A stretch of DNA of 64,000 nucleotides from Phoronis australis (taxonomy: Eukaryota; Animalia; Phoronida). Below, piece after piece: positions 1 to 12,689 of this stretch. Both the position numbers and the translations under genes were made by a program. Numbering within the stretch: the stretch's first letter is position 1; every line of letters begins with the position of its first letter. The stretch covers positions 85,336 through 149,335 of the forward strand of contig NMRA01000214.1 in the NCBI GenBank assembly GCA_002633005.1, in the 5' to 3' direction. The notes under the pieces are model-generated. The model made no database searches, was not told the origin of the DNA, and was given only the letters and a program-made list of their open reading frames with translations.

Positions 1-80
1 CGTCCGTGGTTCACTTAGTTGAATCACTATTTGGGACTGTCTCAAACAACGGTGCAAAGTACAATAGTAGGATTACTTAC

Positions 81-350
81 GTATGACAGCCAGCGTGATT
101 TTGATAGCGTTCACTGGACAACATGTAGTGCAGTTCACATTCTTGCCGTGGTCTTGTGCGGTCGGTGAGAACTTTATGTTAGTGTAGTTGTTACCTTGAG
201 TCTCCCTAGAGTCCACTAAGTTGTGTGAAATCCATGCTGATGGAACAGCTATTGCCTTACAGGTGATGCTGTAATTCTGACCAGACCACGTTACGTAGTT
301 GGTAGTGTTTATTCTCAAACCGCTGTCTCCTTCTTCCCACCACATCCTAT
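81..350 (-). CDS. Internal exon encoding one Ig-like domain of a minus-strand gene that continues beyond the window start
   Basis: Minus strand reads cctttcacAG|at agg atg...gct gtc ata c|GTAAGT: 270 bp, phase 1/1, open. Translation has YSITCKAIAVPSAWI and FSPTAQDHGKNVNCTT (Ig B- and F-strand Cys, DxG-x-x-x-x-C). Confidence 0.8.
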
Positions 351-1599
351 CTGTGAAAGGAGGAATAAATGTCGTTAAGATCGTACATGAATTCATGTAG
401 GAACGAAAACGAGGCCGATTTCATGACGGCAAGTGACCTAGGTCACAAGTTTTCTTTGCACTCGACACGTGTTTATTGCATCATTAACACGTCTCCAAGC
501 CCTTCTCGTCTCGTACTGGTCGGTCCATCGTAGCACACTGGTCGGTCGGAATGACATTTCCACTTTGCGTAATAAAACGTTTCCCTATGACTATCAACTT
601 AGTTTTCTTGGACCTTTCCAAAGTCTCTTACCCTAGCTGTAGCAGGCCGTGCAGTTGAACGTGTAGCCACAACGTTGATAGTCCCTAGCCGAGAAGGTCG
701 AGTGTATCACTAGTATGACCATACCGCCATTGCAGAAGTGAAAATTTTAAGAAAGAGTCGTTTAACCATGAAGGAGTTTTAAACACAAATTTTTTGGTTA
801 TATAATATTCATACATGTTTCATTATATGCGAAATATTTCAATATCATTGTACACTGCAGACATTTGTTTTTCGGGTGCCAAAAATGGCTGAAAAAATGC
901 GTTACTTAACTGAAACTGATTTTTAGTGCCACATAGCTTCAACCTTGACCACCAAAATTATATTTTTATTACTTTTTAGAGTTAACTAAAAGTAACAAGG
1001 AATGTACTTATTGACAGTTAAAGAGCTTTAATTTCTTTTATTTAATATTCTGGAGCCAATCAAAAGTCGAATTCGGGATTCGCGATTACAGTTTTTTGGC
1101 ATTTGGGACCTCCTCAGTTCAGGTATGACATTAGTCCGGTGAACGCTGGTGATAGCTTCTGACAGCCTGGTATCCATTTAATCTATACAAGCATTTTCAG
1201 AACAATCCAATGCTTGATTTTGAAGTGACAGGCCTCCAAAATCTGAAAAAATCACAGTTTCAATTCGCGAGGTCAAAAATGGGCGTATTTTGAAGGGCCA
1301 TATCTCGGAGACTTAGGTGAATAAAATTTTGCAAGTAATCATTGTGTACCATGATAAACATCTCAGTAAATTTTCGTCCAATTCTGAGATAGTGACCTGA
1401 CATCCTCTGGGTAATTTCATGTGGAATGACCCAGTAATAAGAAGATACATGATGTATTCCCAAGAAACAATAGAATGACACGACTACCTCTGTCGGTGCC
1501 AGTGGAAAGTGTTCGCGTATCTGTCAAAACAAAACTAAAATGCATCACTCCTACAAACGATCGTCTCAATAACGAATAAGAAAATAGCATTACTTGGGA

Positions 1600-2660
1600 T
1601 AGCCAACATGTCACAAATGTAGAAAGGTTAGACGACTTTCTTGTTTGAATAATTGATAACAGGACATATAAGTGATCAATACAGGACCGTTGGCTTCGAA
1701 AACCATTTTGCTCGTCAACTAAAATATTGTTCTGTTCACAGAAACCCAAAATTCTATTATTCAGCACAGCACTGAAGATTTTACAAATATTGGAAAGAAG
1801 ACAAATCCCACGGTTGTTCAAAGGTAATCTAGAGTCGCCTGTAGAATTCTTAGGTATCGGGATTATAACTGGGTTATACCAGTCAGAAAGCAGTAGTCCA
1901 CGTTTAAAAGATTCATTGAACAATTGGGTTTGAAAAACAACAATAGCTTCGAATCTTAACACCTCATAAGGTATACAGTCATAGCCGACGGCTTTGTTAT
2001 TCTTTGTTTTCATAACAAAATTTCTAACCTCATCAATACAGATTTCACAATTTAAGCCATGATCAGTTGTTTTAGAACAATCATTTTCTAGCTGCTTGCG
2101 AAAATTCAAGGTTTTCAAATAAAAATCTTCATCAAATGGTGTATTTTCAGAAGTGCCTTTAAATAATTGTTGATAATCATTTTTCCATTTTTTAGAACTA
2201 ATTGGCTATCAGAGTTTATTTCATTATTTGAATCCAGGACTTCCAGGGGAACTTCGCTTAACTGTTTTGGTTCCAGTTTCTTAATATATGTCCAGAAATC
2301 CTTAGGATTTTCAGTATTCAGATTCTCAGTTTCAATCTGAACCTTTAACTGGTATGAGGGGTTTCGCGCATTTTAGTTTCTTGTCAACTTTATATTGAGC
2401 AGACAGAAATAGTTGTTTATAATGTGACCAGTTTCCGCGTCCTCTTTGACTTCTTGAAAGTTGTTTCTCAATGTCCTTTAAGTGTTTTCACAAATCATTA
2501 AGTTCCGAATTCCAGTAAGGCTGATTCCTTTTAAAGTACTTTCTTAGTTTACGACTCGGATAATAATCCTTGTAGTCAAAGAATCCCTCTTCCGTAATTA
2601 ACAGGTCAACAAATGACTAATACACTATATTAAGTTGGTTCTGATGTTCATGGGATAACA
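1600..2660 (-). mobile_element. Degenerate non-LTR retrotransposon reverse transcriptase fragment
   Basis: KAVGYDCIPYEVL, IIPIPK, RGICLLSNICKIFSAVLNNRI, LVDEQNGFRSQRSCIDHL are N-terminal RT motifs; the upstream part is frameshifted (NPKDFWTYIKKL). Confidence 0.88.
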
Positions 2661-3159
2661 ATAATGAACCAATTAAACATAAAATTTCTTAATTAAATGT
2701 CTAATTTTTACTAAATATGTATGTGTATATGTATGTGTATATATGTGTTTGTATATTTCCAATGTATAAAGGGCCAGAGGCCCAGATTACAATTATAGCT
2801 TTCAAGCTCGTTAAACTTATCCAACATAACCTCTCTCGTTTTTTTAAAAGCTTAAAAATGTATTTAACAATGTAACTTTCACATTCTACCATCAGGTGAA
2901 TCAAAGCTGGAAATAGCTAAACTCATACGGTACGAAAATCTCCCTGAGATTATGGAATAAAACAAGAACAAAATGCAATTCGTCTTCAACACAGTTTCCG
3001 CACAAAAAGGGCATATTGTATCATCACAGTCAATTTTAAGTGCCTACTACTCCCAACTAGTCAATTGTGGTTTGCAGAACGAAAATATCTAGGTAGTTTG
3101 CACGAAAAATCGTGGCAAACCAAATGTTATGTATGGTTCTCCTGCAAAGTTCTCCTTAA

Positions 3160-3560
3160 ACTTCGTAACTGACATAGTATGACTTTCTGTTATTCTGAGC
3201 AGCTGACTGCCAACCCTGTAAATAACAGCCATTTATTTGTTGTGAAAACAGTAGCAAAAAAACTTTTCTTCGCAAACTACATCCTGGTTTATTCATACTT
3301 CGAGGAAACCACATTTCGATAAGACAAATTAACTGATGATACTTGAACATGCCACAACTATCTAATCTATAGAGCAATCCATAAGCCGCCTCCACGTACC
3401 TGTTAGACGACATTAAGGATTTTAAAACAAAATTTAACCAGTGTTACATAATACCTATATACAGAGCAAACCTCCCACAGTCACTCAAAACTGCAGCATT
3501 GGAGCAGGTAGTACCTACTCCAAGAACCATTTTACAAAAACGCAAATACACCTTTTCAAG
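3160..3560 (-). mobile_element. C-terminal fragment of a non-LTR retrotransposon ORF2
   Basis: EKVYLRFCKMVLGVGTTCSNAAVLSDCGRFALY...KILNMSSNRYVEAAY resembles the post-RT region of LINE ORF2 proteins. Confidence 0.65.
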
Positions 3561-3619
3561 TATACCGTAATCCTTTAAGTTCCCAGATTTCAGAACCGTA
3601 ACACAGCGGCGGGTGTACA

Positions 3620-5420
3620 TGTATCAAGTTGTCGAACAATTCAAGCCTCCCTTTCTTTCTTCTTCATTTCAAACTTTTCCCGTTCCAGTGTTATCTCTTG
3701 CTCTTGTATTTTCAGCTATGCATCATGCTTTTCTTTGACAAAGCTGATATAGAGGTGTCTGTCAGTTGAGACCAGACATCGCTCTTTGGGAGTGATATTG
3801 CTAGCTGTGAATGAAAAAAATAATGTTGACCCCTCATCACTACAACAATAGGAACAGCAGCACTGAAACAGAGCATACGATTATCGCGTAGAAGAAAGTC
3901 ACTTTTTAAAAACAAACTTTTACAAGCAGGATAAAACATGGATAGTCTTATTCATATTTTAAGAGATGTTGTCTTTGAGATCAGGTATAGTGTATTTAGT
4001 ATGCAACCTTACTATAAACAAAGCAAGCGAGAAGAGCCTTAAATCCAGTTTTGCAATTAAACTGACTTTGTAATGAGGTCAATTTAAAAACGCTTACTCG
4101 ACGAATCTGCATCTCTTTTGCCTAATGAAGCCATAGCAATTCTTCTGATATCTTGGCCTTTCTTCTCTTTTTTATTTTTCAGTTTCTTTGGATTCTTTGC
4201 CGGCCTCTTTTACTAACTCCTTTATTTCAGTTTGCAATCGTTTACGATCATCATAGTCCTCATCAATTACAGTTCTGTAACGAATTTGTGCTTGCACCAT
4301 GTGCTCGAAAAGCATTAGTTCTAAAACAAATTAAACCTGTTGTGACGTTGGTTGTTGGTTAAAATCGAAAATACCTAACCTTTACATTAAAAAGGGTGTT
4401 CCAAACAACGCAGTACTTCAATGTCTTCATAACAAATTAAGTACGGAGCATAAAATAGGGCGTGCGTTGTCTTACAGCAAACAAAGTGGTGGATTATTAC
4501 ATTTCAAACACATTTGGATTTATTACGATTTTCTAAAATTATTATAATTTGTCGCATTCGTAATCAAGCTAGAAACTCACCCTTTCAGGGATTTCAGATT
4601 TTCTATTCGAAATGCCGAGCACATTGTACGGATTCTGTCTTTACTTGCCCGATAAGAAACATCTACATTTAACGTCGAGGTTATTTTCTGCTGATTGTGT
4701 ATCATTTGTCAGCTGCCTGCCCACGTACGGATTACACCCAAGAACTTCTTTAAGTAAAGCCACGCCCACAACTGCAGCAAGCCTAAGAGTTCTTTTTCAT
4801 TTGATCCATGCTCGCTGACTGCCTTTGTGTTCTGTCGGCTGCTTCTCCGCGTGCGCAACTCATACTTACATCTCAGTGGGAGAATACGCCTATGAAAAGC
4901 AACCAACTTCTACGGAAAATCGCCGATGTGTTTTGTTCATGTGTGTGGGACGCAAGTCGTTCTTGATTTCAGAGAGTTGGTAGAACCCGGTCTGTGTAAA
5001 CATGTATTTAGTAGAAGTAGCGATGGAGGAAGGCGACAATGATCTAGTAGTTTTTCTTCTACTTAAAAAAGTCGAAACATCGGAGGTTCTACGCCGACTG
5101 CGTTTGACCTGGGAATAATGACCGACAGTCAATGTTTTGATAACTTTTGCTATGATAGAGATTCAATCTTCCGGATAGGTCAAGCACTTCAAATTCCCAA
5201 TTACATCCAGTTACTGAATCGCACTTCTTGCACCGGCATTGAGTCTTTTTTTTGCATCCTCTTACGTCGCCTCGTGTATCCTAACCGGCTGTGTGACATG
5301 AAACAACTCTTTGGAAGATCAGAATGAACTCTCTCCGCGGTTGTCAACATTATGCTCAGTTCCGTATACGATGGATGCAAACCTCTTGTCACTTCCCTGG
5401 AACACCCGGGATTGCGAGTT
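3620..5420. mobile_element. Decayed PIF/Harbinger-type DNA transposon: + strand transposase N-terminus and a divergent - strand charged/coiled-coil accessory ORF
   Basis: + strand 5118-5400 QCFDNFCYDRDSIFRIGQALQIP...CILLRRLVYPNRLCDMKQLFGRS resembles the N-terminal part of DDE_Tnp_4 transposases. The - strand 3620-4810 has stop-ridden E/K-rich segments (KIQEQEITLEREKFEMKKKERE). Confidence 0.6.
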
Positions 5421-6473
5421 GCCATATTGGCGTTTATTACTGAGCGTTCTGTTTCAAAATGAATTATTCTCACCGTAACCAATACTTATATAAAACTGAA
5501 ACAAAGTCTGTCTCATTAGATGCAATTTGTAATGCTTTTGGAGTGTTTGTGAGTGCAAATGATTTGAAAAGCCAGCAATGAATAAATCACTGCGTTACCG
5601 GCTTTAGGTGCAATAAAACTAATTGACGGGACACCGAGGCCGTGTGAGCTCATGCTAATTTAGTGTTTCCTGGCAGAAACTGTTGTGAAACAACTCGATT
5701 TCCATTCCACTGCCAGGTGTTAGGGGAATCTTTATTTACATTTACATTTATCAAATAATGATTGTCAATGTACAACTTCTGCCCTGACAGTGCTGTGGCC
5801 AAAGCGGAACGTGAATTCGCGGCCCCGACGAGTAAGTAGATTTGCAGTTTCGTGGCTAATTCACCAACATAATCACGTGCACATTACTTTGGCTCACTAG
5901 TATAGTATTTTCTTGACTGGAAGTTTAGTTTCCACTGAACTTTGGCTGGTTTATGTTCGTGATGTCTGATCACTTTCCGAGCCACTGGCCAGGATAACAA
6001 GCGTTTTGTGTTCAGAACTCAAAAAATCACAAGTCTAGTTTAAACAACACAGATCTAGGTTCTCCTGTCTGTATCTCACGGAAAATACTTCGAAATTATC
6101 TTCGAACGGACCCCAAACTCCTGCTACGGACCTTATTGGCCTGCCCGGCGAACTTTGTAGGCTACGGTGTGTCCAAATACCAATAAATCCGTAAGAGCGA
6201 AATAGAACAACACGTTTTTATATAAGAACTCGGTGTATTTTTAAGGGTTTTGCATCAAAGTTTGATGATTTATTGGTGTTAAACGATGACTTCAAGCGAT
6301 AAGCTGACACCAGTAACCCGTGTTGTGAACTGCTGAACAGACTGCGTGTGAAACCGATGATGTCACTGGATAATTTCAACACCTCGTCTGCCGTCAGGTG
6401 CCAGGTAACGCAACCGTACGTGTCGTTATCGGGTAGAACAACTCGATCTAAATTGCATCTATATTCCAGTATA

Positions 6474-6519
6474 ATGGCACGCGTATTACTGCTTTCTTTA
6501 ATTATAGTGCATGCTAGAG
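6474..6519 (+). CDS. Candidate signal-peptide mini-exon (MARVLLLSLIIVHAR-G), possibly the leader of the + strand Ig gene
   Basis: ATG at 6474, hydrophobic core, phase-1 donor G|GTATGT at 6519/6520, acceptor ttccAG at 6468-6469. Linkage to downstream exons is unproven. Confidence 0.4.
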
Positions 6520-6936
6520 GTATGTTCTAACAGATCAAAATAAGCTCCCATGATCAAGCGCTAGAACTTACAGCACACGTGGGTATCGTTTACAGTTATA
6601 TCCGGTCTTGAACCTCCAGCAGCGTGGGGGCCGACAGGTTCATGATAGTAATTCAAGGGTAGCAGCATACATGTCAGAAAACTCGGGAGACAACAGTCAT
6701 TGCCGGAAATTGACACCATCCTGGATATTCAGTTGCTGGAAGAAAATACACAACGGCGTCTTGTAAAGCAACTGGATCAGTAAGCTCTCCGTCAATAAAA
6801 TTGTAAATACACCACTTGATTAAACTTTTTCAACAAATTCCTATTGCCATTCAAGGTACGCCTGGTAATTGTTCATGTAAAAATAGATGGAAACGGCAAC
6901 AACGTGAATAGTCGGTAAACCAACCTTCAGTGTTGG

Positions 6937-9900
6937 TAGCCTTGAAGCAAAGCTGTATACTAAATATACAGCTTCGCGCCGATGTGCGTAAAAAACTGAC
7001 CAGAAAAAATCTGACGCAAAATTAGTGTCTTTAAAAACTAAAACCTTCCTTGAGTACACTAAATTATTTACCGGTGTTGGAAAAATTGGCGTTCTATCGT
7101 TATTCTGCAGCTAAGGTTGTGGAGCGATCTTATGCGCCGGTACTCGGCGCAATGAAATGTTGCGTCACCTGTTGGCCAGTTTCTTTTTTCGCCTATTCTT
7201 CAATCAACTGTTATTCTTTCACGAGGTTGCGTACACGTCACAACAAAGTATCGGAACTGGTTTCACTTGGTTATAAGTTTTCAGAATTTCGATTTCACCA
7301 AACTGAATTTCAGCAGAAATTTTGCTGCTACTAAGCTACATGTATCATAAAGAGATGTCACAAAGATGTAGGAAATGGCGCGTGCGCGTGTCACGAGCGT
7401 ACTGTTTTCGAAACGATGACATAACTTTTCTTTGTTATAAAAGGTGGAGCATTACGTAAGAAAATGACATTTATTAGATTGATTTTCACTTAAACGGCTG
7501 TTACGGGCAACGTGAGTGTTAAAAAAAAAAAAAAAAAAAAACAGTGCAGGTGGTCTGATGTCATTTGCGGTGCATCAGACGTGCGCAGGCCTCATGGTTG
7601 GGCCCATTGCACAAAACACCTGAGCAAAGGCACGAGACCCCAATTATGGCTCCTCGTGAAGAAAGTTTTCAAGTCTGCCAGTCTCCTTTAGGAAAACGGA
7701 CAGACGTTTCCATTTGTTGCCATGCACTATATGTTGTAGGCATGTAACAATGCCATCCAGTAGGTTGCTCCTTAGCCTATAAAAAGCTGGGCAAGACTCT
7801 ACCAGGTGTTTAGGAGATTCTACGTCAGTACCACACTCGGGACACACAGGGCTCCTCATATGCCCAGTAATGTGTCTGTGTCGGGCTAGGTTGCAGTGGC
7901 CCGTCAAAATTTGAATGACGTGTCTTATACCCAATCTATCTAGACTCAGAAGGCTTTTTGAACCTTTTGGTTCGATCACGTTGGGAAAATTCTCCTTGGT
8001 TTCTCGGCAGGAGTTAAGTGATGCCCACTGGGCTGCTGACTGGGTATGTACCCAGTTGCGTATACTCATCCTGCAACATCCGTAAGATACCGGGATAGCA
8101 GGTTCAGGCACAAAATGCAGAACGCTTGCTCCTATCTTTGCGAGTCTGTCTGCATTCTCATTGCCATCAATTCCCACATGGGCCCTGACCCAGCGTATAT
8201 TGACGGTTCTTTCAATTGCAAGCTTGTTAAGCTCATTAATACAAGCATTAACACAACGAGAGTTGACCCTTAGTTTCTTTAGGGCTTTTATTGCTGCNNN
8301 NNNNNNNNNNNNNNNNNNNNNNNNNNNNNNNNNNNNNNNNNNNNNNNNNNNNNNNNNNNNNNNNNNNNNNNNNNNNNNNNNNNNNNNNNNNNNAGAACAA
8401 ACTTCAGAACAATCAGTATGCTTATAGGCCTGGCTTCTCTACGGAGACCGCTCTACATCATCTGGTTGCTAGACTGGAAAGGGCTGTTTTTAATAAACAA
8501 TTTGCCCTCTGTGCCTTCATTGATCTTGTTGGTGCTTTCAGCAATATTAAGCATGATGCGATTCGAATTGCACTGAACCACTTTAAAGTGAATAGGTGTC
8601 TTACCAGGTGGATCATTAACATGCTTGGAAGTCAATCTGTGACTGCTTGTCTAGACAATGTGAGTGTGGCGGTTCGCATCACCAGAGGAACACCTCAGGG
8701 TGGCGCTGCCTCACCAACCCTCTTTAACATGGTTATGGATGGTTTGCTTCAACAATTATCTACTGACATGGGTCCAAGCTTGTATGTTCAAGCCTATGCA
8801 GATGATATTGTTCTCAGTGTGTCTAGCATCGATCCTGACACATGTCGCTATCTTGCTCAAAGAGCACTGAATACAACAGCCACATGGGCTAAGTCAGTCG
8901 GCTTAGAAATTAGTGGTAGCAAAACAAAGGTGATTATGTTCACTTGGAAGCTTAAATGGTCAATGCGGCCTTTAACGCTGAATGGTAAACATCTTGATCT
9001 TGTAGACAAGGCGACTTACTTAGGTGTCATTTTACACCATCGTCTTTCCTGGACCCCGCATATTACAGAAAAAATCTCAAAAGCCAAATCTGCATTGGTG
9101 AGATGCAGTCGTGCGGTGGGTAAAACTTGGGGAATGTCTCCCAAGAATATGTTCTGGATTTATACTGCTGTTATCCGACCTATAATGTCCTATGCTTCGT
9201 CGATATGGGTAACGGCATTAAAACAGATTACAATTATCAACAAACTTAGGCAGCTGCAACGTCTAGCTTGTTTGTGCATAACCTCTGCTTTTCCAGGAAC
9301 GCCTTCTGCAGCCCTAGGAATGCTAATCGGTCTACCACCACTGAACATATACCTTGAGGGTGAAGCTGCATCTGCTGCACTTCGTCTCAAATATAATGGT
9401 CAGTGGGTGAAAACTAACATCCCTGACTCCGTTGCACACCAAAGCCACAGGAATGTTTGCAATAAGCTAATGGCCAAGACTGGGCAACTATGGAACATGC
9501 CTAGCGATGTCCAGGTCACAACTTTAAATCATACAAACAATTTCTTCACGGAAATATGCGATGGATGGCCTACCGCAGAACACAACGTGAGTGTTGGTTA
9601 ATTCCCAGATTGTGCATGCACCCTGTCGTGTAACGCGCACGCGCCATTTCCTAAATTTTTGCGACAGCTTCGCAGCAGCAAAATTTGTTCTGAAATTCGG
9701 TTTTTCGGTATCGAAATTCTGAAAACTAATAATAAAGTGAAACCAGTTCCAATAATTTGCTGTGACGTGTACGCAAGCTCGTGAAAGAACAACAGTTGAT
9801 TGAAGAATCGGCAAAAAAGAAACTGGCAATAGGTGACGCAATATTTCATGGCGCCAAAAGCCGTCGCTAAAAATCGTGATAGAACGCCATTTTTTCCAAC

Positions 9901-10038
9901 ACCGTTAAATAATTTTGTTCACTCAAGGAAGACTATAGTTTTTAATGACACTAATTTTGTGTCAGATTTTATTTACCACTTTTTCACTGACATCGGTGCA
10001 AAGCTGTATATTTAGTATACAGCTTTGTACCAAGGCTA
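6937..10038. mobile_element. Non-autonomous DNA element with ~420-450-bp imperfect terminal inverted repeats and TAG...CTA termini (Academ-like by termini), interrupted by a LINE
   Basis: 6937-~7395 is the imperfect reverse complement of ~9625-10038 (e.g. aagctgtatactaaatatacagctt / aagctgtatatttagtatacagctt; ggcgcgtgcgcgt / acgcgcacgcgcc). No clear TSD. Confidence 0.8.
7521..9582 (-). mobile_element. LOA/R1-like non-LTR retrotransposon (RT + RNase H + C-terminal CCHC), 5'-truncated with an inverted 5' segment
   Basis: RNase H (WVRAHVGIDGNENADRLAK) and CPECG...HLVESC on - strand at 7644-8297. RT (GTPQGGAASPTLFN, YADDI, KTWGMSPKNMFWIYTAVIRP) on + strand at 8394-9582. 13-bp TSD caacgtgagtgtt at 7508-7520 and 9583-9595. 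Confidence 0.92.
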
Positions 10039-12689
10039 GCTCGACCCCAGCTATTAGACACCGGTGACCTAAAGTCGTGAATATAAGCATAAAAAGCAGC
10101 TAATTGTCATACTACCCAATGTTCGTTAGCAACTGCTCATGTGATGTCAGGGACATATACCAGCCTTCACAAATGTACGTGTCTTCGTAAGCAGAGTTTT
10201 GAAACGCTCGCTGATATCGCCGGCCATTTTGAATGAGGCTTTAACAGCAAATTTGACCGATGCTGAGTTTCCGAAATATATTCTGGAAATGCATAAAAAG
10301 TGTATTAGTGAAATGTGCTCAATGTTTATTTTCATATGGTCAGTATCAATACGTTTGGGTATTCTTTTGACGTTCGTAAGCAGACGAACGCTGGAAACTT
10401 CAACGTTAGATGTTGCGGCATCGTGCAAAATCGGAAATAAGATCTTTCACGACTTTAGGGCACTCACCAACTTAGGACCTCCGACGGTGCTCAGTCGAGC
10501 TTCCTTTTAAAACCGAAGCTGTTTTGTTTTGAAGTAACCCACACTGGCATTTTTCTAGGGTTCTAACATTATCTTGATTAACCAGTCGCTAAGATAAACT
10601 TACCGTCTAATTGCTCGTCTGTTTCTTGAGTAATTCGCATCTGCTTTGCGTTCAATAAGGTAAGCGCTTCAAAGCGCTTCGCGAGATTGTGCCACTGAAC
10701 GACGCGCTCGCGGAAAGTGCTTTCATTTTTGGCGAGCGCTTTTCAAGCTGCATCGCCAACAAAGCCAAGATTGAAGACAAGTAAGTGTTTTCTTTTAGTA
10801 TGTAAATTTCTATTGAGATTTTAGAAATTTTACTTGTAGGTATTTAAATTGTTACATTGCTTTCCTTAAGTTTTACACCTTTGCATTACGCGCAACTCCA
10901 AAAAGTCCTATATTATGTATTCTAAGTATATTACCTTTCATCGGCTTTTGGTCGTATATTTTGCAACATTATACGTGTCGTCAGTAAACTCGCAATCGAC
11001 AACCTAACTATTTATTGTCTTAGAATTTTGTCAAAATTTCCCATGAGTTTTGCCCATGTCGTTACATACTGCATTAAAACAACAAAATTCTTGAATTTTT
11101 GTGGCATAAATTATTTCTAATTATTGGCGCCCTGTTTGATATGTAGTTTAATGTTTAAACTTCTTAAAAACTACATTTCTGTTTGTATTAATTATTTAAA
11201 AATTGTTTCTTTTCTAGAAATACAGTTACGCTAACGTTCGAGGACTGAACCTCGGGAACGTTTCAGTTGACAGAGGATATGAGGAAGAAGGTAATTGTAA
11301 GAATGATTAATTTTACCATGGAATTGACAAGCCATTGGACTTCAGTTTTGCAGTGCATATACATTTTTTAAAATGTACGTCTACTTAAAAGTAGACGTGT
11401 CAAAGATTATAGATATGAGTATTGTGTCATGTGATAGTCATAGTCAGAACACTATTTTATGAACATCAATACATTCATTACCTGCGTCTTGCCAACTATC
11501 TAACTTAATAGTACAGATACTGAGCCAACTTGACGTGATTAGGATTTAGTATTCGTCTTGGCGGTATAAATTTTATATCATTTTATGCTTCTATTTACAT
11601 TGCTGTCATGTACTATCCTTCTATTTCAGATGAAGACACGATAGATTTTTTGTACTATAAGCTTGTATAGAACACTGAAAAAGGAGAAAGAATTGATTGG
11701 GGATTAAAATTTAAAACAAAAATCAAATTTATTATGGTATATGTGTGTGTGCGTGTGTGTGCGTGTTTCATTGAAAAGTAAGCTGTTCTTGGCCTTAGAT
11801 AGTTAGTTCAACAAACTTTAGTATTGTCTACCTAAATGTCTTTCTTCAGATGGCAGTTGAAATAGTAGATTGCCCAGTGTAAGTGGCATCACGAACACAA
11901 ATATATGAGTATATATAAAATAAAACACTGTATAAAACATTTCATAGTAAAACAGTTGCTGTACTTCGACTATACTTCAGTCATCCAAGGCAAATAAATT
12001 TAAAAATCATAAACGCTATCGTGTATGATACCTGAAACAAGAACACTAACATTAAACACGAAAATAAGGTAGCATATATAAGAGCACAATTACAGAAGGA
12101 ATTGTCATGGAAATTGATGTTCTATAAAACGTTGTAAAGTTTAATAAAATAGGTACGATGGAACCGAGTAACTTGGGAATTTATTTCAGGAGTTTCAGTT
12201 TTTATTATTAAAAGTTCGAGTATTTTCAAACGAAAGGAGTCACGTTGGAAATACCTGACGATGGTATTGCCAACAATATCTGAACGGGAAATTTTCTTTT
12301 TGTGGAGCGTTTGAAAGTGATCTTTAATGGATCCATTTCATAAATGCATAGATAACCGGCGAGATAAAGTGCAAGTTGCACTACCAACATACCTTGAGCA
12401 ATCAGTGTTTGAACGAATAGTTACATTCATTGTGAGGGCAATTGAACTGATAAATCAAGTCAGTTTTGGCTAACATTCGGACAGACTTTGTGCACATATT
12501 GTTTTTTACCACAAGATCTGTAGTTTTATGGTTTTGGTAATATATAGTTAACGAAAGGTTATTTTCTGGTTTAACGATTTGATTGTATTATTAGCTTTAT
12601 GAATGTAAAGGTTAAAACCTACGTAAAGATCAACCCTCATGTGTGTGTGTGGGGGGGTGTGGGTGTGGGTGGGTGTGTGTGTGTGTATA

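Noticed and set aside
630-740. Possible upstream minus-strand exon (…RDYQRCGYTFNCTACYS) with GTAAG donor
   Set aside because: An in-frame TAG directly precedes the donor, the other frames also have stops, and no good acceptor is present.
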